Virus record (IMG/VR): IMGVR_UViG_3300037067_020175 | Source of the DNA: an uncultured virus (IMG/VR IMGVR_UViG_3300037067_020175) | Lineage: Duplodnaviria; Heunggongvirae; Uroviricota; Caudoviricetes | Reading direction: 5' to 3' (one strand) | Length of the DNA: 64,000 nucleotides | Shown: positions 56,048-64,000 of the stretch, one piece after another | Layout of the letters: each line of letters begins with the position of its first letter | Numbering within the stretch: position 1 is the stretch's first letter | The notes under the pieces: generated by a model | Told to the model about the DNA's origin: nothing | Seen by the model: only the letters and a program-made list of their open reading frames with translations | Databases searched by the model: none | Program-made: the position numbers and the translations under genes

Positions 56048-56548
56048 TTATACCCACTCGTTTTTCTCTTTGTGTTTGAATTTTACCATTTTGAATGCAC
56101 CGCACAATACTCTTTCCGTTCTCTCCTTGATACCGGGAGCAACCGACTCGCGATTACCTGCAACATTTATAGTAAATGATGCATCATCCGGGAGTATTCC
56201 TCTCATTTTCGTTATGATATCCGCGATGACAAATGCAGCCGGGTTTATCTTACACGGCTTTTTGAGTTTTGCGCATGTGTCTATTGTAAGCTTTGTCCCG
56301 GCACTGTTGAGATTATCTGCAAATACGAGAGTCATATCGGAATTACGAACATTTTCTTTCGTGCGGTCTACATAATCGAGTCCCTTATCTTCGAGATTGT
56401 AGAAAGATCCGAGAGCCGTGTTAAAACCAACCTCTGTTTTAAACCCCTTAGCGGCGCACCCACCAGTTTGAATATCATACGCCTTCGCTGCGAGAAGTCC
56501 ACCGTAATCGGCACCAGTCTGCCCACCAGAAATTATTTTAATTTTCAT
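56048..56548 (-). CDS. SLOG-superfamily 'putative molybdenum carrier' protein
   Basis: KIISGGQTGAD, RT..NV..SD.TL and NVAGNRES. Confidence 0.85.
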   Translation of the reverse strand: MKIKIISGGQTGADYGGLLAAKAYDIQTGGCAAKGFKTEVGFNTALGSFYNLEDKGLDYVDRTKENVRNSDMTLVFADNLNSAGTKLTIDTCAKLKKPCKINPAAFVIADIITKMRGILPDDASFTINVAGNRESVAPGIKERTERVLCGAFKMVKFKHKEKNEWV

Positions 56549-56735
56549 CTTTATAAACCTCGTCTGCACGCACTTCTATATGAATCCTACTATGAACCAC
56601 AATCGTGACACTCTTCTTACACCACGGACATTTTCCGGTGTGATTCTCTTCAATCGTGTAATACTGTTTGTCACAATATGGGCAGTCTATCAAAATTATG
56701 TGGGGTTCGAACATTTTTATACCTTCACCCACCAC
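56538..56735 (-). CDS. Small Zn-ribbon protein
   Basis: CPYC...CPWC. Confidence 0.6.
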   Translation of the reverse strand: MVGEGIKMFEPHIILIDCPYCDKQYYTIEENHTGKCPWCKKSVTIVVHSRIHIEVRADEVYKDEN

Positions 56736-57571
56736 CCAGCCGGATTCGCCGAGTAGATCCGACCGGTCATGCGCGTGTACGTCTTCTTCTTGTTAATGAG
56801 ATTTGTCATATTCGTGAGTTCTTTTGCCTGAGCATCGCAGTATATGTGCGCGCTTGAAGACCATGTGATGAGAGAACCGACGCGCACTTGCGCGTTTATA
56901 TTTCTCGAAACTCTGCTGGCAACAAATTTCATGAGACCGCGCAGCCCAAGCTTGTTCATGGGATCTCCAGATAACATATCATGGGATCTGAACGGAAATC
57001 GTCCTGACAAATACCATATTTCTGGGTCTTGACCATGTGCCACAACCCCTTTTCGCATCAGGAAATGTGTGAATTGCAAGCATGGGGGCTCTACCGCGTC
57101 ACCATCAAGTTCGGGAACCCACGTGATTGCAAGCGACCTGCGGTTTGTGGGATTGTTTGTAAGCTTTTCGACGATTTGCGCAATTTGATCAATACCTTTA
57201 CCATTACCATTTCCATATACCCCCCACTGTTTACGCGGGAGTAATGTTTGCGGCAAATCGTCCGGATCGTACATCTCGATTATCGGGTGATCAAACAGCC
57301 GGTTCGGATATTCGTATACGAATCCACGGTCTTGAACGGTTAGAATATCCTTTTCGTATTGTTCGATAAACTTCTCTCCGAAGTCGCAAGCTTTGCTGAC
57401 ATCTGGTTTGCGTTCCGGATGCCTTACAATAACCATTATAGGATCCGGGTGCTCCCACGTATTCATCCATTTTCCGGGTTCCGTTTCGATACTTGTCAGG
57501 ATGCCCTCGTCTATGATAGTATCCACAGTTCTTTCATGCGCTTCCGCAATACATTGTGCAATAATTTCCAT
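56717..57571 (-). CDS. thyA: Thymidylate synthase, archaeal type
   Basis: YEYPNRL, DQI, RR....W.P, PPCL, FRSHD...N and SAHIY. Confidence 0.85.
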   Translation of the reverse strand: MEIIAQCIAEAHERTVDTIIDEGILTSIETEPGKWMNTWEHPDPIMVIVRHPERKPDVSKACDFGEKFIEQYEKDILTVQDRGFVYEYPNRLFDHPIIEMYDPDDLPQTLLPRKQWGVYGNGNGKGIDQIAQIVEKLTNNPTNRRSLAITWVPELDGDAVEPPCLQFTHFLMRKGVVAHGQDPEIWYLSGRFPFRSHDMLSGDPMNKLGLRGLMKFVASRVSRNINAQVRVGSLITWSSSAHIYCDAQAKELTNMTNLINKKKTYTRMTGRIYSANPAGWWVKV

Positions 57572-57583
57572 GATTTTCCTCCG

Positions 57584-58228
57584 TTAACTCCAACTCCACA
57601 TAGAACTCGGACACCCATGATTCCATCTGAGCTCCGGCTCTCCGACGAGCCTCTGTTTTTGTATCCCTTCGTCAGAGTACTTTTCTACAACTTCGTGATT
57701 GAACTCACTGTTTCCATATAACAATCCGAAAATTTTTGAGGATATGTCATACATATTCAATCGTTCCTCATTATCCGAATCACCGCCGGATCCGGGATTG
57801 AATGTAACTTTAGAAACAGAGTAATATTCCACCTTGTTGAACATCTTTACAATCGGTATTATCTCTGTGGGATATATTCCACCATCGCTCACATTTCTGT
57901 AAAAGAACTCTTTTGTAGTAACATCCTCGTTTCCACCAATGTCCATAACCTTTTTACATTCTGTTCTGTTCTCACCACAGAATAATGCCTGAATGTTCAT
58001 ATCGCGAAGTCCGTCCATATTAGCAACAATCCATCTCAACCCGGATACAAGAACGAAAAGTTCTGATTGTGTTTCAAACCCTTTCTTATATCCAAGCTCA
58101 CTGAAACTGCGCTTTATAACCTTCCCGTCAACTATGATAATGAACAGCCCAATTGACGTGTGTGATCGAGTACCCCATATCGTTGGGTAGAACCCCCGAA
58201 CATACGTGCAGAGTTTAACCACTGACAT
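57584..58228 (-). CDS. Hypothetical protein with possible degenerate RNase H-like fold
   Basis: IG.FII.DG.......LG....TQSEL..L..GL.W. Confidence 0.5.
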   Translation of the reverse strand: MSVVKLCTYVRGFYPTIWGTRSHTSIGLFIIIVDGKVIKRSFSELGYKKGFETQSELFVLVSGLRWIVANMDGLRDMNIQALFCGENRTECKKVMDIGGNEDVTTKEFFYRNVSDGGIYPTEIIPIVKMFNKVEYYSVSKVTFNPGSGGDSDNEERLNMYDISSKIFGLLYGNSEFNHEVVEKYSDEGIQKQRLVGEPELRWNHGCPSSMWSWS

Positions 58229-58268
58229 TACATACTATTTTGTAAAAAAGAGGTTATATAGTCTTGTA

Positions 58269-59963
58269 TTAGTATTGACTGGTGACAACCGCACCATCCC
58301 ATCCGGCAAGTCTCGCCATTAACCACCAGAGTGCTCCACCTTTGCACGCGCAGTTTATTCCGCTTGAATGAGAACAATCACTCACATTATTGGAAACCTG
58401 AGCAATCGGGTGACTTGGATTCGCAGACTTCCACGTTGTACACCAGTTTCCACCGGTTGTAAGCTTACATTCATCAGCCCCGGTTCCACCGACACCGGCT
58501 GTTGACTGGTAACTCGTCCCATTTGGAGCAACACACCCTATCTTCTCAAAGTCGAACAGGATTTTGTTGTTCGCAATACAGAAATCCCGTATTTGTTGGT
58601 TGCGCGCAATCACATTGCTTCTACTGTACCCACCCGCACTATCATCGATAATATGCCCAGTCATATAAATAAATCTCATGTTCGGGTATGCCTTTTCGAA
58701 CGCATCCATCTGATTAAGGTATTTGGTTACAGTCGCCGCAGAATACGAAGCAATTTCTCCACAAAATGCAAACATCGAGTAATTATATAGCCCAGTATTC
58801 GCATATGATTTTGTAGAGTTTATACCGGACGATGTGTTCCAGTATTCGTCCGGTGTCGCATATGTATTAATAGTTGTCCCATCGTGGACACGCAATGCGC
58901 CAGTAGATGATGGGAGTCCGGTGTCCGTCCCTTCTTTAATATCAATCTTATACTTCGGGTTGTAAACCATCCACGCCTCTGCACCGGACAAGAGTTGAGA
59001 CCCGTGCGATGTGTGCGCAAAGTGAAGAGTCTTTGCCTTAGCCGCAGTGATCCACGCGTCTGGTATCCGCGTAGCATCTGTATGACGATTGTCTATTACA
59101 AACCCCGTTGATGTTGGAGGTGCGATATCAGTAACCACAATAACCCCAGACTTTATAATAGAATGTGACCCATACGAATTTGTTGCCGTGAGTTTTACCG
59201 AATATGTTCCGAGTGGATACACATTGGTTGGATTTGTCGCAGTACTGTCTACAGTTCCATCATTCCAAAAATCCCACTGATAGGAGATTGGTAGTGCCCC
59301 AGTGGACATATTTGTGAACTGTACGGTGAGTGGCGCGGATCCGGTTGATGGAGACACTACAAAATTTGCAACCGGTGTTGTCTCTTCTGGAGGAATTACC
59401 TCCCCTTCCCCGAATGTGATGTAATTCGTCTTGGTCATTGCGTCACTACCATACGCGTTCGATACGGTAAGTGTTATTGTATACGACCCCTGATCCCAGA
59501 ATCTCCAAGCTGGATTCTGCATTGAATTTTCCGGAAGGTTGCCTTCACCGTCACTCATATCCCATACCCAACTTGTCGGATTTCCCGTAGACAAATCTGT
59601 GAACTGGACAGCCAGATATTCCTGAGTTGCTGCATCATATGTCCCAATTGTGGGCTCAGCTATGAAATTTGCAACCGGAGGTGTTCCCACCGGAATAGTA
59701 TCGCACACCAGATTTGCGCAAATGGTTATTGTTCCCGATTCGGTGACTTTGAAGCTCGATGTAATAGTTTTTGTCGTTCCGGCATCAATTGCCTGTGGAG
59801 AGCTTGAATAAAACGGAGAATTTCCTTGCTCACTGAACTCTATATGAACCATTTCTGTCGCAGAACCACTGTTTTTAACCGTGGATGTACAAACAATTGT
59901 CTCGTTTAGTACCGGATTCATATTAGAAATAGCAACCGTATGTTGCAAATTTTCACAACCCAT
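58269..59963 (-). CDS. CARDB-like domain, 2 PKD domains and putative SGNH-like domain
   Basis: PVANF...FTDLS..NPTSW.WD repeats; FAHTSHGSQL...MTGH...FDF. Confidence 0.8.
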   Translation of the reverse strand: MGCENLQHTVAISNMNPVLNETIVCTSTVKNSGSATEMVHIEFSEQGNSPFYSSSPQAIDAGTTKTITSSFKVTESGTITICANLVCDTIPVGTPPVANFIAEPTIGTYDAATQEYLAVQFTDLSTGNPTSWVWDMSDGEGNLPENSMQNPAWRFWDQGSYTITLTVSNAYGSDAMTKTNYITFGEGEVIPPEETTPVANFVVSPSTGSAPLTVQFTNMSTGALPISYQWDFWNDGTVDSTATNPTNVYPLGTYSVKLTATNSYGSHSIIKSGVIVVTDIAPPTSTGFVIDNRHTDATRIPDAWITAAKAKTLHFAHTSHGSQLLSGAEAWMVYNPKYKIDIKEGTDTGLPSSTGALRVHDGTTINTYATPDEYWNTSSGINSTKSYANTGLYNYSMFAFCGEIASYSAATVTKYLNQMDAFEKAYPNMRFIYMTGHIIDDSAGGYSRSNVIARNQQIRDFCIANNKILFDFEKIGCVAPNGTSYQSTAGVGGTGADECKLTTGGNWCTTWKSANPSHPIAQVSNNVSDCSHSSGINCACKGGALWWLMARLAGWDGAVVTSQY

Positions 59964-60025
59964 TTTTATATCACCATCAATATCAGATGATATTACATTA
60001 CTTGTTTAAAAATGTATTGGTTGTT

Positions 60026-62545
60026 CTATCTTGTTACGAGCACGCCGGATGCGCCAGCATAGAATTGGCTTGATACCAGAGGTATGGACACACCGTTCTT
60101 ATTCCAGTAGTTGTCATGAACATCCATATTTCCACTGGTGTTGTCGGCAGTCTGACATACCGGAAGTCCACCATGACCACTCTCAGCAGAATCCCCTGCA
60201 AACATATTGTGATGAACTCTCATCGCAACCTGAGGCTTTCCGCGCTGGTGGATACAAAGTTGTGTTGATCCGGGTAGGAATGTGTTGTTGTATATCTGAT
60301 ATTCGATACCGGATGTTGGTCTTCCAACATCGCTGTTTCCACCATGAGAATCGAAATGCGCGCGACCGGTTGTAAGGAACGGATCTCCGGTGATTATATT
60401 ATACCGGACTGTATATCGGTCTCCAAGATCCCCATCGCTCGTTATGTCGTGACGGTTCCGATCAAAGACATTGGCTTCTACAAGCATATCCCCACTCTTT
60501 CCGACATTGCACCCGTATCCCTCATTATTATTCCACGACCCGTGTATGAAGCAGTGGTGAATCCACGGTGCTCCCGAACCGGTTGGGCAACCAGCGAGAT
60601 ACACATCGGCATAAGCGAATCCATACAATTCGCAATTGTCGCATTCGAATCCCGATGCGCCATCAACCCATATACCCATTTTATATGTCGGTTCCATACT
60701 TTCGCTTCCGGCACCCTGAGCCATTGTTTCTCCCTCAAGTACCAAACCGGTAAACCGGACATTATTTGAAGACGACGGTATCCTGAATATAGGCTTAGCC
60801 CCGTAAACCGGAGTCTTAGAGTAAATTCTTCCGCCGCGACTTCCACCAACACCACGATTGCTTGCGATTGTAACTCCGGGGTATACCGGGATATCTATTG
60901 TAGATCCCATATCAATATTTGCAGACGGGGATATGTAAATTACAGCCGGTGATCGTGCCGCACTACATGCAGCGACAAGCTGATCCTTTGTGGTTATAGT
61001 GCTTCCGTTATACGTTCCGCCAGCAACACCTGCGGTATAAGCCGGATATTGTGTTCCCCCACCATATTGCTTCCCGTTGGCAGTAAACTGATAGCTCCCA
61101 CCAATTGCATACTCGACTCCTTTATACGGAACTGTAGATGGGCACCCAAAACCGGTGCTCACTGGTGGTACATACGGGGATACCGTGATCAACGATGCCT
61201 TTGTAATCGAATTCGAACCGACAGAATTTGTAACAGTGAGTGCCACAGAATATGTACCAGCAGCGGCATACGTATGCGACGGGTTCTGAGCGGATGATGT
61301 GCCCCCATCCCCAAAGCTCCACGAGAATCCTGTTGGATTTCCAGTCGAAGTGTTTGTGAATATTACCGTCAACGGGGTTGATCCCAAAACCGGTGTTGCA
61401 GTGAATGCAGCTACTGGCGCTGAGGTTGGTGTCGAAACGATAACAGCCCCGTTCTTAATGATCGAGTTGGAGCCAGAATTATTTGTTACGGTTAATTTGA
61501 CAGAATACGTTCCATTAGAAGCGTATGTGTATGTAGGACTCGCCACGGTGCTGTTTATTACACCATCGTTCTTAAACGACCATTGATAGCTTGTGGGAGA
61601 ACCGGTTGACTGGTCTGTAAACTTCACCGTTAGTGGCGCAGACCCGCTTGTCGGGGTCAAAGAGAAATTTGCTACCGGTGCGGTTCCGCCACCACCAGCA
61701 GTTACCGTAATGATTCCGGTCTTTACAACAGAATCTGTCCCATGCGCGTTCGTTGCAGTGAGCTTCACAGAATATGTTCCAGCATTTGGATATGCGATAT
61801 ATGGATTTGTTGTAGTATTATCGACTGTCCCATCGTTCTGGAAATCCCACTCGTATGTCATCGGTTCAGCACCCACAGAGGCGTTGGTGAAATGAACTGC
61901 GAGTGGTGCAACACCATTTGTCGGGGAAGCTGTGAAATCTGCTACCGGAGCTTCCGGTATAATCTGACCCCCATCGGAGAATGTAATGAAATTCGTCTTT
62001 GTCCTTGTATCACTACCGTAAGCATTCGACACAGTTAGGGTAACTGTATACGACTGGAATCCCCAATATCTCCAAGCCGGGTTCTGCATGTGGTTCTCAG
62101 GCAGGTCTCCACTCTGTTCCTCTCCAAATTCCCACACCCACGATGTTGGGTTATTTGTCGATAAATCGGTGAATTGAACCGCGAGGAATTCCTGACCTTC
62201 ACTGTAAACCCCCGACGTTTTATCAGCAGTGAAATTGGCAACTGGCGCGAGACCACCCGGAATGACACTATCGCACACCAAATCGGCGCAGATTATTATC
62301 TGTCCAACCCGCGTTGCTTCAAAACTCGTAGTTACAACCTTCGATGCTCCGGCAGCAATCGTCTGTGAAGGACTTGTATAAAATGGGTCTCCACCCTGTT
62401 CGCTGAAAACAATGTGGAACGTTTCTGTTGTTGCACCCGTGTTATTTATCGTAGAGGTACAAGTAATCGTTTCGTTCAATTCCGGATTTGTTTTTGAAAA
62501 CACGATCCCGTGTTGTAAATTATCACATACCATTTGGCTCACCAA
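60026..62545 (-). CDS. CARDB-like domain, 4 PKD domains and right-handed beta-helix domain
   Basis: Four PVA.F...W.F..G...Y...G.Y.V.LT repeats; IHHCFIH, VEANVFDRNRH, VRYN and IYNNTF coils. Confidence 0.85.
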   Translation of the reverse strand: MVSQMVCDNLQHGIVFSKTNPELNETITCTSTINNTGATTETFHIVFSEQGGDPFYTSPSQTIAAGASKVVTTSFEATRVGQIIICADLVCDSVIPGGLAPVANFTADKTSGVYSEGQEFLAVQFTDLSTNNPTSWVWEFGEEQSGDLPENHMQNPAWRYWGFQSYTVTLTVSNAYGSDTRTKTNFITFSDGGQIIPEAPVADFTASPTNGVAPLAVHFTNASVGAEPMTYEWDFQNDGTVDNTTTNPYIAYPNAGTYSVKLTATNAHGTDSVVKTGIITVTAGGGGTAPVANFSLTPTSGSAPLTVKFTDQSTGSPTSYQWSFKNDGVINSTVASPTYTYASNGTYSVKLTVTNNSGSNSIIKNGAVIVSTPTSAPVAAFTATPVLGSTPLTVIFTNTSTGNPTGFSWSFGDGGTSSAQNPSHTYAAAGTYSVALTVTNSVGSNSITKASLITVSPYVPPVSTGFGCPSTVPYKGVEYAIGGSYQFTANGKQYGGGTQYPAYTAGVAGGTYNGSTITTKDQLVAACSAARSPAVIYISPSANIDMGSTIDIPVYPGVTIASNRGVGGSRGGRIYSKTPVYGAKPIFRIPSSSNNVRFTGLVLEGETMAQGAGSESMEPTYKMGIWVDGASGFECDNCELYGFAYADVYLAGCPTGSGAPWIHHCFIHGSWNNNEGYGCNVGKSGDMLVEANVFDRNRHDITSDGDLGDRYTVRYNIITGDPFLTTGRAHFDSHGGNSDVGRPTSGIEYQIYNNTFLPGSTQLCIHQRGKPQVAMRVHHNMFAGDSAESGHGGLPVCQTADNTSGNMDVHDNYWNKNGVSIPLVSSQFYAGASGVLVTR

Positions 62546-62575
62546 TACAGATATGTGTTGTTATGCGCATAAGAT

Positions 62576-63337
62576 TTATATACCTTTTGGCTCACTCTTC
62601 GGGTCGTACCTGACTTCTCCACCATCGCGCGTTCTAATGCGTGTTGGTAATTTAATTTTCGATGCGAGTAACTGCAATTCTTCGAATGAAAGAGAAACAA
62701 CCCCCTTCGCGTTTCCCTGCTGAAGAATAACTTCCCCGTTCAACGCATATTCCTCATTGATAATACGTTGTATTTCAAGTTCTTCCCCACGAAATACCGT
62801 AACTACCTGTTCGAGTTCTTCAAGACGATTTACATCCCACTGTTCGTAACAAAGATCCAGAGATCCCTGAACGTTTTGTTTATATAACCAATAGTTGTCG
62901 ATGTATCCACCAACAAGCCTACATTTTGGTTTTATGTCAATCGAGATTTTATCTACGAGTTCTTTGTATATAAGCGAATCAAGACACGTCGGGTTAATTC
63001 CGCTCGTCTGGATTGAAACCCCCATGTTGTAATTCTCTATAACCGCGCGCGCAAGCGCGCTTAGAGCATCTTCCTGCAACGTGGGTTCACCACCCGAAAA
63101 TACAACACCGCTTATCAAAGGGGATGCAATATCTATCAACCCAATAATATCTTTAAATTCCCGTATATCAGATCCTCCCATTATATCCACGTTGTGGCAA
63201 TTTCGACACCCAAGTAAACACCCGCGCAGGAAAATTACGCATGCCGACTTCCCTCTCCAGTCAACGGTGGATAATGGCACGAAGCCACCAAAATTTACGC
63301 GAATGGTATCAGCCCCTTTATAGGCAAATTCCAACAA
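62576..63337 (-). CDS. Anaerobic ribonucleotide reductase activating radical-SAM protein (NrdG-like)
   Basis: PLSTVDW.GK...VIFLRGC...C..CHN and FSGGEPTLQ. Confidence 0.85.
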   Translation of the reverse strand: MLEFAYKGADTIRVNFGGFVPLSTVDWRGKSACVIFLRGCLLGCRNCHNVDIMGGSDIREFKDIIGLIDIASPLISGVVFSGGEPTLQEDALSALARAVIENYNMGVSIQTSGINPTCLDSLIYKELVDKISIDIKPKCRLVGGYIDNYWLYKQNVQGSLDLCYEQWDVNRLEELEQVVTVFRGEELEIQRIINEEYALNGEVILQQGNAKGVVSLSFEELQLLASKIKLPTRIRTRDGGEVRYDPKSEPKGI

Positions 63338-63831
63338 TCGGCTTTAACATCAAAGTTATTTGATGGATCATTTTCCCCCTCGCACATGAACTTTGCTTTG
63401 TGGAAGTACTCCGCAGTCGTAATATATCCGAGAATGTATGCCATCTCATAAGAACTACAATGTCTATATACCGACACGAAAATGTAATAATCAGCCTTCT
63501 GCGAATCGTTAGCTGATGCAACAGAGCATTCGTATGATGGTTGTGGGTTCACAGTCCTGTCTTTTGTTTTCACCTCAAATCGGAACCCGTCGCATACGAG
63601 ATCGTAATCATATGTATCTTCGCGACGCATCCCGGATATAGCCTGTTCTACAGCCATTTGTCCAAGATATCCAACCATATTCCCTCTTCCGCCACGTATT
63701 GAATTGTTGAGCAGTCCGAGATCAATAGCTTTTGAAGTAGCAATAAACTTCATATTTTGTGTAATCGGAACCTTTACATATCCATGTTCGTCTCTCGCAA
63801 ACCGAGAAAGTGCATATAATTTTCCCTTCAT
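63295..63831 (-). CDS. PD-(D/E)XK-like nuclease-fold protein
   Basis: G.LG...V...YDYDL.....FEVKT...DYYIF. Confidence 0.6.
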   Translation of the reverse strand: MKGKLYALSRFARDEHGYVKVPITQNMKFIATSKAIDLGLLNNSIRGGRGNMVGYLGQMAVEQAISGMRREDTYDYDLVCDGFRFEVKTKDRTVNPQPSYECSVASANDSQKADYYIFVSVYRHCSSYEMAYILGYITTAEYFHKAKFMCEGENDPSNNFDVKADCWNLPIKGLIPFA

Positions 63832-64000
63832 TGTAAACCCCTTTTACCGAGCATTTGTTCTCGCATCTTTACCGAAAAATAACAACCACGCGTGTATTTC
63901 AGTTCCCCGCACGATATTGGGAAAATTGCGCAGTCGTCCGACTCTTTTTTAGAGTGGACGCAATCGGTATCTTTCTCTTCCATATCACTGGCTCGCTTTT

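Noticed and set aside
1..64000. Assignment as a Borg
   Set aside because: Only two perfect tandem repeats, none intergenic, frequent strand switching in the right arm, and no Borg marker recognised

Overview
This 64-kb window is gene-dense and looks like part of a large archaeal virus or extrachromosomal element. A methanogen host (Methanomicrobia-like) is inferred from GGTGA Shine-Dalgarno (SD) sites, TTTA(T/A)A TATA boxes, PKD-repeat proteins, an archaeal-type ThyA and a ferredoxin:thioredoxin reductase. No capsid, terminase or polymerase gene is recognisable. The left arm (1-27.3 kb) is almost all on the minus strand. It carries many small genes plus NAMPT, Ro60/TROVE with two Y-RNA-like genes, RtcB, an SPFH protein, an Mrp/ParA-like ATPase and a DUF932-like protein. 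It is punctuated by about 20 tRNA-like elements with covarying stems (acceptor-like stem plus T-arm, no anticodon). Most are followed by a short hairpin, an SD and a start codon. This candidate tRNA-mimic mRNA punctuation system is the main finding. The right arm (27.5-64 kb) has mixed-strand genes, many apparently leaderless and TATA-driven. They include a tyrosine recombinase, HNH-AP2, ParB-like, JAB, MT-A70, GP88-like, papain-like and ART-like proteins, FTR, MazG, NrdD/NrdG-like proteins, a DNA methyltransferase, ThyA and two PKD proteins. All family calls come from motif recognition by eye; no database search was run.
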